A stretch of 64,000 bases of DNA from Mobula hypostoma (lineage: Eukaryota). The notes below the pieces were generated by a model. That model was not told the DNA's origin. It made no database searches and was given only the letters and a program-made list of their open reading frames with translations. Position numbers and translations under genes: made by a program. Positions 48,370-59,739 of the stretch are shown piece after piece; within the stretch, counting starts at the first letter, position 1, and every line of letters begins with the position of its first letter. Location of the stretch: positions 40,798,001-40,862,000 of the forward strand of contig NC_086108.1 of assembly GCF_963921235.1 (NCBI RefSeq), written 5' to 3'.

Positions 48370-49082
48370 CAACACACTCAAAATGCTGGAGGAACTCAGC
48401 AAGCCAGGAAGAATCTATGGAAAAGAGTAAACAGTCAACCTTTTGAGCCGAGACCCTTCATCAGGACTGGAGAAAAAAGATGAGGTGTTAGAAAGAAGTT
48501 GGGGGAGGGGAGGAAGAAATACAAGGTAGTAAGTGATAGGTGAAACTGGGAGAGGGCAAGGGAAGTCAGCTGGTGAAAGAGATAAAGGGCTGGGGAAGGG
48601 GGAATCTGATTGGAGAGAACAGAAGGCCATGGAATAAAGGGAAGGGGGAGGAGGATCAGAGGGAGGTGATGGGCAGGTTAAGAGATAAGATGAGAGAGGA
48701 AAATGGGAATGGGAAACGGTGAAGGAGGGGGACATTACCAGAAGTTCAAGAAGTCGATGTTCATGCCATCAGGTTGGAAGCTACCCAGACGGAATATAAG
48801 GAGTTGATCCTTCCACCTGAGTGTGGTCTCATTGTGGTAGTAGAGGAGGTGTGACTGACACGATGTTTCACCTATCACCTACTACCTTGTATTTCTTCTC
48901 CCCTCTCCCCACCTTCTTACTCTGATTTCTCATCTTTTTTCTCCAGTACTGGTGAAAGGACTCGGCCCGAAACATCGACTGTTTACTCTTTTCTGTAGAT
49001 GCTGTCTAGCCTGATGAGTTCCTCCACATTTTGTGTGTGTTGCTTGGATTTCCAACATCTGCAGATTTTCTCTTGTTTGTGA
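48370..49082 (-). mobile_element. Penelope-like element with inverted pLTRs
   Basis: 48370-48546 is the inverted repeat of 48865-49042; GIY-YIG tail remnant at 48735-48855; TSD TATAACTAG. Confidence 0.9.
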
Positions 49083-49538
49083 TATGTATAACTAGGGTGC
49101 CTAAGACTTTTGCACAGTACTATAATTGTCAATTCGGAGTGGAGAGCAAATTTGTAAGTCTGGCAGGAGCAAAGAATGTTGGGAATGGCGAAGGTAGAGC
49201 CCCGTTGGAGGGGTGTGGGATAGGGGGCAGAAATGAAGTGCCTGGATGGGGGTTGCTGCAGTGCAGACACATCCAACACTGAGACACCAGGCAAGGTCAT
49301 TTGAATCCAAATAATCGGTTTATTGATCATTACAGAATGACTCTGTGGTTCTTCCCCACTCCCCCTTCCCTGCCCCCTTCCCACTGTTGGTCCACAATAG
49401 GAACCCATATCAGAATCAGGTTTATCATCAATCACATATGTCATGAAATTTGATTTTTTTTGCAGCAGTACAGTGCAATACATAAGATTACTACAGTACT
49501 ATGCAAGTACTATGCAAATGGATTAGGCTCCCTAACTA

Positions 49539-51097
49539 TAGTTGCAAGAAAAAGTTTGTGAATCCTTTGTAGTTATCAAGTTTTCTGAGTTAATTACTCA
49601 TAAAATGCCATCTGACCTTCACCTATCACAATAATACACAAAGCAATCTGCCTAAACTAATAACACACAAACAATTGTACTTTCCATGTCTTTATTGAAA
49701 CATTGTTTCATCATTCACAGTCCAGGCTGGAACAAGTATGTGAACCCTTGTATTTAATAACTGATAAAACCTCCTTTGGTAGCAATAACCTCCACCAAAC
49801 ATTTCCTATAGTCACTGGTCAGATTTGCACAATGCCGAGGAGAAATTTTAGACCATTCCTCCATACAAAACTTTTTCAATTCTTCAGTATTTCTGGGATA
49901 TCTTGCATGAACAGGTTCTTCAGGTCTTGCCACATCATCTCAATTGGGTTAAGGTTTAGACCATGACTTGGCCATTCCAAAACATGAATTTTCTTCTTTT
50001 TAAACCATTCTGTTGTTGATTTACTCTTGTGTTTCAGATCATTGTCTTGTTGTATCATCCAATTTCTAGAAAGCTTCAGGTGGTGGACCACTATCCTGAC
50101 ATCCTCCTGTAAAATGTCTTGATACAATTTTGAATTCATTGCTCCCTCAACGATTGCAAGCTGTCCAGGCCTTGAGGTAGCAAAGCAGCCCCAAACCATG
50201 ATGCCCCTTCCCCCATGCTTCACAATTGGGATGAGGTTTTGGTGTTGGTGTGCAGTGCTCTTTTCCTCCAAACATAGCATTGTGCATTTCTGCCAAAAAG
50301 TTCAACTTCTGTCTCATCTGTCCACAGGACATTGTCCCAGAAGCTTTGTGGAACATCCACGTGGTCTTTGGCAAACTTCAGATGTGCAGCTTTTTTTTTG
50401 AGAGCAGTGATTTCTTCTGTGGTGTTCTTCCATGAACACCATTCTCGATCAATATTTTTCTTATAGGAAACACATGATCAGAGACCTTAGCAAACTCTAG
50501 ATATCTCTGCAGGTCTTTTGCTGTTACCTTTGGGTTCTTTTTCAGGATTGCATGGTGTGACCTTTGCAGGATGTCCACTCATAGGGAGAGTAGCTACAGT
50601 ACTGAATTTCCTTGATTTGTATACAATTTCTCTCACTGTGGACTGATGAACACTTAGGTTTTAGAAATGCCTTTGTTGCCTTTTCCAGCATTATGCATTT
50701 CTATAATTCTTCTTCTGAGGTCGTTTGGAAATTGTTTTGATTGAGGCATGATACACATAATCAGATCTTCCTTGAGTAGAGCAGGCTCTGACTTTGCGTG
50801 GCCTTATTATACGGCAGGGCACCTCTGCAACCCACACCTCCAAACTCATCTCATTGACTGGAACACCTGACTCCAAATAGCTTTTGTAGAAGGCATTACC
50901 CCAGAAGTTCACATACTTTTTTGAACCTAGATTGTAATTGTTTAAATGCTGTACTCAGTATTGATGAGAAGAAGTACAATTGTGTGTTTTTTTTAAGGCA
51001 GATAGTGTTTGTCTATTATTGTGGCTTAAATGAAGATCAGGCCACATTTTATGAGTAATTAACGCAGAAAACCAGATAATTGAAAAGGGTTCACAAA
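49539..51097 (-). mobile_element. Tc1-family IR/DR transposon, near full length, decayed
   Basis: ~200-bp TIRs with inner and outer gtgaaccctt direct repeats; TA at 49537-49538; the outermost right TIR bases are missing. Confidence 0.93.
49754..50749 (-). pseudogene. DD34E Tc1 transposase (frameshifted)
   Basis: MPQSKQFPNDLRRRII.., LWTDET, VKHGGRGIMVWGCF, QQDND..34 aa..NPIE. Confidence 0.93.
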
Positions 51098-51494
51098 ATA
51101 TGTGAATATGGTACTTGCACAGTACTATACACAAGTACATACATGTATGCACAGGTACAATGAGAAACTGACTTGTGGCAGCATCACAGGCACTTGGCAT
51201 TAGAGACTCAACATTCACAAGAAAAAAAAACATAAATTGATCATAAATGATACACAATTATATCAGAAAAAGCAACAATTAAAACAAAACAAGTAGTCCA
51301 TTATAGTAGAAAGCAGCCATAGTGTCACTGAACTGAGGTTGTGATAAAGGTTCTACAAGAACCAAACGGTTAAAAGGTTAGGGAATGTTTGGGGGCTGGG
51401 AAGAAGGAGAAAGCAATGAAAGAATTTGTGAAGTACAGGCATCATTTCCACAGCTCCGATGAAGGCAATAGCAACAGGAAATAAATTAAGAATC

Positions 51495-51606
51495 AGATGC
51501 TGGAAATGTGAAATAAAAACAGAAAGTGCTGGAAGCACTCAACAGGTCAAACAGCAGCTATAGAAGAAGCGATTGATGTTTTGAGTTCGAGACCCTTCAT
51601 CAGAAA
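51495..51606 (-). mobile_element. Penelope pLTR remnant with a degenerate hammerhead
   Basis: cagatgctggaaat..gctggaagcactcaacaggtc..gacccttcatcag. Confidence 0.65.
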
Positions 51607-53229
51607 TAAAAGGCAAAGACTTTGTTTAAAGTTTCTCATTTGTTGAATGGGGATCAAACTTACAATTTTTTAATGTTAAAGTCAGTGTTCCTTGGCTACC
51701 ACTTGAATAATGACGTTTTTGACCATTGGAGAGTTGCAATTTTATGGTCTCAATGTCTCAGTTCACTCCAAGTGTCAACATGGAACGTGGAGAATTCAAA
51801 CACATGAAAAGACTGCAGGTCTTACGATTTCTACTGATGTAGCTGGGAACATATTGTATGTAAAATATGACAGTAAAATCTATATGAATGTAGAAGAAAA
51901 ATAAGGGATTAACAAAAATTATTGTTGGCCTTTTACAGTCCAACACTGGGATATTAGGAAACAAGGCATTGCTATAGAGACCTGACATGATCTCACTGCA
52001 TGGCAATGGGAGATAGAGAGGCTGAATGCCTGTTCCTGTGTCATTTTTGGTTCAAACCCCTCCTCATATCCACTGCTCTGAGAGACTTTTTTCGGAACCA
52101 AAAGAACAATTCATGATCAAAGCAAAGATCTGTTGATTTATTTTGACATTTCTGTTTGAGAATTGGCATGTGTTATCAAAAAAATAAGCATTTTCTTAAT
52201 TTTGAAAGCTTGATGAAATTCTATACCTACACTTGTTTACCTCCTCTTCCCCACCATACTTCCCTTTTACTCCCACAGAAAACTTCTTTACAAATATCAA
52301 CCAGTCTTCCTTTTTCTGTGACTGCATTAAGTGTTTCATGATGAACTTTGCATGGTCCACTCAAGGGATATTTCTCTTTGGGCTATCTGTCTATTTTATG
52401 ATATCTATAGACATTGAACAAAAGGCCTCCTTGACTCTTGGAGACAACTCCTTCCACATTCCAGCATTTGGTTATCTTATCACAAACTTTGTAGTGACAT
52501 AGGCACCCGGTTGCCCTGACTCGCATAGCCACAACACATGAGTTAGCATCTCTGTGACAACGAGGAAGAATCCACAAGAATTTGAAAGCAGGTGATATGT
52601 TATCAAAATGACTTCACTTCTCTCAGTCTGTACTCATTAAGGTGATGTTGGCAGTGACTGTGATAACAATCATTTAAATCTTCAGAATGGTCTTAATAAA
52701 ACTGGGAAACAAAGAATAAAAATTGGTGTCGAAGGCACAGGAATCTAGTACTGAGGACTATTTATAAACAGACCATGCTCAATATAACGCTAGATTTGAT
52801 GTAAACTCAGATTCCTATTTAGTCCTAAATAGTCTTAAGTGTGCACTTAACTCCCGTGGTAGAAATATACAAACCCTTGTTTCGCCATTGCAAAGAGAGC
52901 AATTTCATGCTCTAAATGTCTTTTTTTACTGATCAATTTCATACTTGACCCCTGCCTACCTCCATGCATCCCTCCTGCCCCTGAAACCCCAGCCCATGTA
53001 CCTCAAATGCAACATCATGATTTTTGTATTTAGATGCTTCTATGGCTTCACCTATCATCAGTCTGTCCCAAGCAGTTTTTTTTTTTTGCCTGGTCCCATC
53101 TACCTACAACAGAAGCAGAATCAGGTTTAATATCACCGGTATATGTCATGATATTTGTTAACTTAGTGGCAGCTGTACAATGCAATACATGACAATGTAG
53201 AAAAAAGTAAGTAAATCAATTATATCTAA

Positions 53230-53528
53230 GCATCTGTTAGTCTCATGAGACCATGGATTTGCGCCTTGGAAGGTTTCCAGGGCGCAGGCCTGGGCAAGGT
53301 TGTATGGAAGACCAGCAGTTGCCCATGCTGCAAGTCTCCCCTCTCCACGCCACCGATGTTGTCCAAGGGAAGGGCATTAGGACCCATACAGCTTGGGATT
53401 GGTGTCATCGCAGAGCAATGTGTGGTTAAGTGCCTTGCTCAAGGACACAACACGTTGCCTCAGCCAAGGCTCGAACTAGTGACCTTCAGATCACTAGATG
53501 AACGCCTTAATCACTTGGCCACATGCCA
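53230..53528 (-). mobile_element. tRNA-derived SINE, copy 2
   Basis: Close homolog of 4986-5291; box A TGGCCAAGTG, box B GTTCGAGCC. Confidence 0.85.
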
Positions 53529-54051
53529 ACACAAGTAAATCAATTTTAGTAAATAAATATATATTAAATAGTTACATTAAAAATAGTGCAAAAACAGAAA
53601 TAATAAAAGTGAAGTTGTGTTCATGGCTTCAATGTCCATATCAGAATCAGGTGGCAGAGGGGAAGAAATGATTCCTGAATCGCAGAGAAACCTCTAGCTT
53701 CTGTACCTCCTTCCTGATGGTAACAATGAGAAGAGGGCACGTCCTGGGTGATGGGGTTCTTTAATGATGGATGCCCCCTTTCTGAGGCTCCTCTCCTTGA
53801 AGATATCTTGAATACTATGGAGGCTAGTACTCAAGATAGGGTTGACTTATTTTACAACTTTCTGTAGCTTCTTTCGATTCTGTGCAGTAGCACCCCCACC
53901 CCACTGCACCAGAGCGTGATACAGGAGGTATATCTGTAGAAGTTTTTGAGCATCTTATGTGACAAACCAAAAACCTCCTTAAACTCCTAATGAAGTATAG
54001 CCGCTGTCTTGCCTTCTTTGTGGCTGCATCGATGTGTTGGGACCAGGTTAG

Positions 54052-55035
54052 TGTCACAAGTGCAGAGCACGGGTGGACCCAAATGCAGGACACAAACACG
54101 CTTTGCAGCATTAACAAAAATAGAGTTTATTAATAGTTACTAGGAAAGCAGGGAAGCAAGGATTGTACAGAGAGACATCAAGAATGAATGAAACAGAAGA
54201 GTGAATATGCGTGGCTGGAGTTGGGCTCAGACCCTGGATTTAGACTGAGACTCAGGGGCTGAGCTTGGCATGGGACTCGGGACCTGGACTTGGACTTGGA
54301 TTGGAACTTGGGACTTGGAACATTGGAGCCTGGACTTGGAACTCGGAATATTGGAACGCAGAGCCGGGACTCTTCCTTGTATACAGGACACAGAGTCGGG
54401 ACTCTTCCTTGGATACAGGACACAGAGTCGGGACTCTTCCTTGGACACAGGACACAGAAAACAGAACACGAAGAGACAGTTCCCCACCCAGGGTAGTGGC
54501 AAACAGCTGGACCTACCGAGCGGAGGAGAGGACACGGAGAGACAAAACCATACAATGATAGACAGTTCTTTATCTTGACACGAAATGGCTCCAAGTAGTG
54601 GCAAGCCCTCAAGGTGGCCCAGGAACTACAGACAGCGGCTCTAGCCTCACTCTGGCAGGTTAACTTGATGGACCCACTCTGGCGAGGTAGCTTAGTGGCT
54701 CGCTCAGGCGCGGTAACTTCACAGGCTGGCTCTGGTGAGGAGAGGCGACTTACTGGCACTGGCTTCGGGGAGAAGATTTGACTTGCTCCGGCAATGTGAC
54801 TTGCTCACACTTACTTCGGTAACATGAGGCGACGTTGGCTGATGGTCTAGCACCGAGTAGCTGAAAGCCAACACTATATACTGCCCTTTCAGCTGAGAAT
54901 CAAGTGCCTTTAATTACAGAGCCCAAGAAACACGGGGAAACAATGAATTAAAGGAAAACAAGGAGTCAATGGTCCTGATCGTGACACAAAGGGAATTTAA
55001 AGAGAACCAGGGAATAAATGATTGGGACCGTGATA
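54052..55035 (-). repeat. 3' LTR with three copies of a 32-bp unit (54359-54454) and GGACTT hexamer arrays
   Basis: Direct repeat of 55340-56395; unit cagagtcgggactcttccttggatacaggaca. Confidence 0.9.
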
Positions 55036-55326
55036 GTACCTCCCATCACCCCAATGGGAGCCTCCCGGCGATCTAATAGATTTGCCCGCATTATCGACAA
55101 CCTGACTGGGTGGAGGGGGTTTTGGCTGGCAGGCAATACGGGCTAAAAACACACTGAACTTCTGTAACTGTCGTCGTAATTGCACAATTTTTTTCTAAAC
55201 TGTTACCTGGGAACTTCGAGTCACTTTCTTGAATTCTATAAGTTACACTCTGGGTGGGATTCCAGTAAGGGATTCTGGCTTACAAGAGTTTGGAAAACGG
55301 TGTTTGCATCTGCTGGGTCCATATTT

Positions 55327-55337
55327 GGCTAGACCGT
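55327..55337 (-). other. Self-priming primer-binding site
   Basis: Minus-strand ACGGTCTAGCC, 2 nt from the LTR edge, is exactly complementary to LTR sequence at 56211-56201. Confidence 0.85.
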
Positions 55338-55339
55338 TC

Positions 55340-56395
55340 TGTCACAAGTGCGGAGCATGGGTGAACCCAGATGCAGGACACAAACACGTTTTGTAGCGTT
55401 AACAGAAATAATGTTTATTATTAGTTACTAGGAAAGTAGGGAAGCAAGGATTGTACAGAGAGACATCAAGGAGTGAATGAAGCGGAAGCAGGAATATGCG
55501 CGGCTGGAGTTGGGCTCGGACCCTGGACTTAGGCTGGGACTCAGGGCCTAGGCTTGGCCTGGGAACTCGGGAACTGGACTTGGACTTGGTCTTGGCCTGG
55601 GAACTTGGAACTTGAGACCTGAACTTGGATTTAGGCTTGGCCTGGGAATGCGGGACCCGGACTTGGACTTGGGCTTGGCCTGGGAACTGGGGACCCGGAC
55701 TTGGACTTGGATTAGAACTTGGAACTCGAAACATTGGAGCCTGGACTTGGAACTTGGAACATTGGAACACAGAGCCGGAACTCTTCTTGGACACAGGACA
55801 CAGAGCACAGAACACGAAGATACAGTTCCACACTGAGGGTAGTGGCAAACAGCCAGACCTACCGAGCGGAGGAGAGGACACGGAGAGACAAAACTACACA
55901 ATGATAGACAGTTCTTTATCTTGACACAAAATGGCTCCAAGTAGTGACAAGCCCTCGACGAGGCCCGGAAACTACAGACAGCGGCTCTAACCTCACTCCG
56001 GTGGGTTAACTTGACGGACCCGCTCCGGCGAGGTAGCTTAGCGGCTCGCTCAGGCGAGGTAACTTCACAGGCTGGCTCTGTTGAGGGGAGGCGACTTACT
56101 GGCACTCACTTCGGGGAGAAGACTTGACTTGCTCCGGCGATGTGACTTGGCTCGCTCCGGCAAGATGACTTGCTCGTACTTGCTTCGGTGATGTGAGGTG
56201 ACGGTCTAGCCCCAGGCAGCTGTAAGCCCGACACTATATACTGACCGTTCAGCTGAGAATCAAGTGCCTTTAATTACAGAGCCCAAGAAACACAGGGAAA
56301 CAATGAATTAAAGGAAAACAAGGAGTCAATGGTCCCGATAGTGACACAAAGGAAATTTGAAGGAAACCAGGCAATAACCAATCGGAACCGTGACA
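55340..56395 (-). repeat. 5' LTR with an expanded GGACTT/GGCCTG array and a TATA box at 56240-56235
   Basis: Direct repeat of 54052-55035. Confidence 0.9.
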
Positions 56396-56559
56396 GTTAG
56401 ATCCTCAGAGACCTTGGTAGCCAGGAACTTGAAACTGCTCTCTTTCCACTTCTGATCCCTCTATGGGGATTGGTTCATGTTCCCTTGTCATCGGTCTCTG
56501 AAGTCCACAGTCAGCTCTTTGGTCTCATTGACATTGAGTGCCAGACCATAGCCCTCCAT

Positions 56560-58830
56560 GCATCTCTTGTCTAAATACCTATCCAAACTTCTCTTAAATG
56601 TTGCAATTGAACTTGAATCTACCATTTTTACTGACAACCTTTTCCACACTCACACTACCCTCTGAGTGAATAAGTCCCACCTCAGATGCCCTTTAAATAA
56701 TTCACCTTTCACCTTAATCCTAAGTCCTTGAGTTGTAGTGTCATACAACCTGAGGGGAAAAGCCTGCAAGCATTCACCATATCTTTAACCCTCATAATTT
56801 TGTGTATCTCTATAAGATCTCCCCTCATTCTCCTACACTCCAGGGAGTAAAGTCCTAACCTATTCAACCTTTTGCTATAACTAGGTCCTCAAGTCCATAA
56901 GACCATAAGACCATAAGACAAAGGAGCAGAAATAGATCATTCGGCCCATCGAGTCTGCTCCGCCATTTTATCATGAGCTGATCCATTTTATCCTATTTAG
57001 TCCCACTGCCCCGCCTCCTCACCATAACCTTTGATGCCCTGGCTACTCAGATACCTATCAATCTCTGCCTTAAATACACCCAATGACTTAGCCTCCACTG
57101 CTGCCCGTGGCAACAAATTCTATAGATTCACCACCCTCTGACTAAAAAAATTTCTTCGCATTTCTGTTCTGAAAGGACGCCCTTCAATCCTGAAGTCATG
57201 CCCTTTCGTACTAGACTCCCCCATCATGGGGAACAACTTTGCCACATCCACTCTGTCAATGCCTTTTAACATTTAACAAGTCCTGGCAACATCTATGTAA
57301 AGATTCTCTAAGCTCTATCATACTCATTGATAACTTTCCTGTAGGTAAGTGACCAGAACTACACATAATACTCCAAATTTGGCCTCACCAAAGTCTTACA
57401 CATCTTCACATAATTTCCCATTTATGAAGGTCATTGTGTGAACAACTCTCATTATGACTTGAGTTGCCATTTTCAAGGAAGTGTTTGTCTATACCCAGAT
57501 CCCTTTGTTCTACCACACACCTCAGTGCCCCACCATTCACTATATGTCTAACCCTGTTTTATCCTGCCAAAGTGTAACACCTCACAGATCTTTGTCATTT
57601 TTTCAGCCCATTTTTCCAGTTGGTCCATATTACACTGCAAGCTTTATTAGCCCTCCTTGGTGTCAACTACATCCCCAGTCATGATATCATCCACAAATTA
57701 GCTGATGCAGTTCACCACATTATCATCCACTGGTTGGCTGCCATTAACTAGAGGTGTTTGCAAGGGTCGGTGTTGGAACCACATCTTTTCACATTATATG
57801 ACAATGATCTGGATGACAGAATTGATAGATTTGTGGGCAAATTTGTGGATGATATAAAGATAGATGGAGATGCAGGTGGGTTGAGGAAGCAGGGATTCTG
57901 CAAAAGGATTTGGACAGATTAGGAGAATAGGCAGAGTTGCAGATGGGATACATTGTAGGGAAATGTATGGTCGTGCACTTTGATAGAAGTAATAAAAGAT
58001 TAAACTGTTTTCCAAACTGGGGGGGTGGGGTAGGCGGAAATTTGGAAATCAGGGGTGCAAAGGTACTTTGCTGGATTCCTTGAGCAGGGTTCCCTAAAGG
58101 TTAACTTGCTGTTTGAGGAAGGCAAATTCATTGTTAATGTTCCTTTCGAGAGGACTGGAATATAAAAGCAAGGATGTAAAGCTGAGGCATTATAGGACAT
58201 TAGTCAGACTGCCTTTGGAGTATAGTGAGCAGTTTTGGGCTCCTTAGCTAAGAGAGCATGTGCTAGAATTGGTAAGGGTCTAGAGGAGTTTTATGAGAAT
58301 GATTCCGGGAATGAAAGAGTTAATGTATGAGAGAATTTGATAGCTTTGGGCCTGTACTCACTGGGGTTTAGAAGAATGAGGGGGGATATCATTGCAACTT
58401 ATTGAATGTTGGAAGGCCAAACAGAGTGAATGTAGACCAAATATTTCCCATAGTAGGGGAACGTAGGACCAGAGGGCACAGCCTCAGAATAAAAGGACAT
58501 TCATTTGGAACAGAGTTGAGGAAGAATTTCTTTAGCCAGAGAGTGATGAATCTGTGGAATTCAATGCACAGATGGCTGTGGAGGCCAAGTAATTTGGTAT
58601 ATTTAAAGCAGAGGTTGATAGATTCCTATTTAGAAGCCAACAGGGAGAAGGCAGGAGAATGAGTTTGAGAGGGATAGTAAATCAGCTCTGATGGAATGGT
58701 GGAGCAGACTCAATGGGCCAAGTGGACTAATTTTACTCCTTTGTCTTATGGTCTTAAGTCCTTCTCCCACTAAGCCAATGCTGAATCCAATTAACTACTT
58801 CATCCTGAATACCAAACAACTTAACCTTCG
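56560..58830 (-). mobile_element. Old CR1 (minus) containing two nested CR1 insertions
   Basis: Host pieces at 56560-56895, 57277-57729 and 58757-58830; nested young minus copy at 56896-57276 with an (AAGACCAT)n tail. Confidence 0.75.
57730..58755 (+). mobile_element. CR1 RT-to-tail fragment nested in the opposite orientation
   Basis: QGSVL, KFVDDIKI, LVRLPLEY, RTRGHSLRIKG..FFSQRVMNLWN; gtcttatggtctt tail. Confidence 0.9.
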
Positions 58831-59464
58831 GGGCAGCTATGATTTTGGTGTAGAGTTTAAGGTAGTTAAGCAGAAATTCTCTTGTTCAATAATTGTTCTT
58901 AAATGGATGTTTATTACACATTGTTCAAGCACAATCTGTTTGAACTATTTATAAATATTAAATTTTTGAGGTGATACTGGGCACCCTCAGCTGCTGGCAA
59001 ATTTATTCAATAGCATATGGAGCTGGTGCTCAAAACCCAATCCATTCCTTGAAACAAAATCCCACTGATACAGTTTTAAAATTATTCAACAAATAGCATG
59101 ACAAAAGCAACCAATGCATTACCTATATTACTAAAGCCATTGTCCCTCCTTCTATTTCTAAGCAAATTTCACCAGCTTATCAGATATTATTGCGTTAATA
59201 CCCAGGTCAACCTGGAATAATTAAATAGCAAGACATGTCCATTCACTTTCATTAGTCTCATCACTGATTATTGTCAATGAGACAACAAAACCCAACACAG
59301 TAAATTAATGGTAGTAAATCTAGAAGACTGAATTGTTGAAGTATGAAATGTGCACATACTTGTTCATAACCAAAAGACAGCGGATATGGTCTTGTAAGTT
59401 AGACCCAGCCAAGATAAATTAATAATAAGTTGAGATTCTTTTTCAGAACAATCAATAATGGTGT

Positions 59465-59585
59465 CAGCCAACAGCTCAGTGGTAGGACTTGCTTCTAAGT
59501 CAGTTATGTTGGATAAAGCCCTGTTCTGGGCATATAGCCTCAGGTAAGGTTAGAGGGCAAGAATGAAGGGCACTCTACAAAATTA
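59465..59585 (+). mobile_element. Possible ancient tRNA-derived SINE head
   Basis: cagctcagtggtaggacttgcttctaagtcag resembles a box A head; otherwise very decayed. Confidence 0.3.
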
Positions 59586-59739
59586 AGGAATAATTTCCTA
59601 CAACAAAAGGAATCTTTGAGCACTTTGTGCATTCATCAGCAGCTGATGCATGAAGCACGCTGTTTGGACTTCCGTACTATCACCCAGCACATATTCTAGG
59701 AGTGATGTTGAATTACTCAAATGGGGAGAATTGGGCTTA

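Larger units (their letters stand above)
54052..56395 (-). mobile_element. Non-autonomous Tf1/sushi-type Gypsy LTR element (two ~1-kb LTRs, 304-bp internal region)
   Basis: TGTCAC...GTGACA termini; TSD GTTAG (54047-54051, 56396-56400); purine-rich tract GGGGTGATGGGAGG before the 3' LTR; short gag-like start MDPADANTVFQTLVSQ at 55322. Confidence 0.92.
53110..56555 (-). mobile_element. Rex1/Babar-like LINE 3' part, interrupted by a SINE (53230-53528) and an LTR element (54052-56395)
   Basis: SSFKFLA..SEDL|TWSQHIDAATKKARQRLYFIRSLRRF is continuous across the LTR element; LPSGRRY; cagaatcaggtttaat tail. Confidence 0.85.

Noticed and set aside
54359..54454. 32-bp repeats superficially resembling a CRISPR array
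   Set aside because: Head-to-tail with no spacers, inside a eukaryotic LTR, and no cas genes.
54178..56105. Long Ser/Pro/Gln-rich ORFs (160-193 aa)
   Set aside because: By-products of stop-free hexamer arrays within the LTRs.
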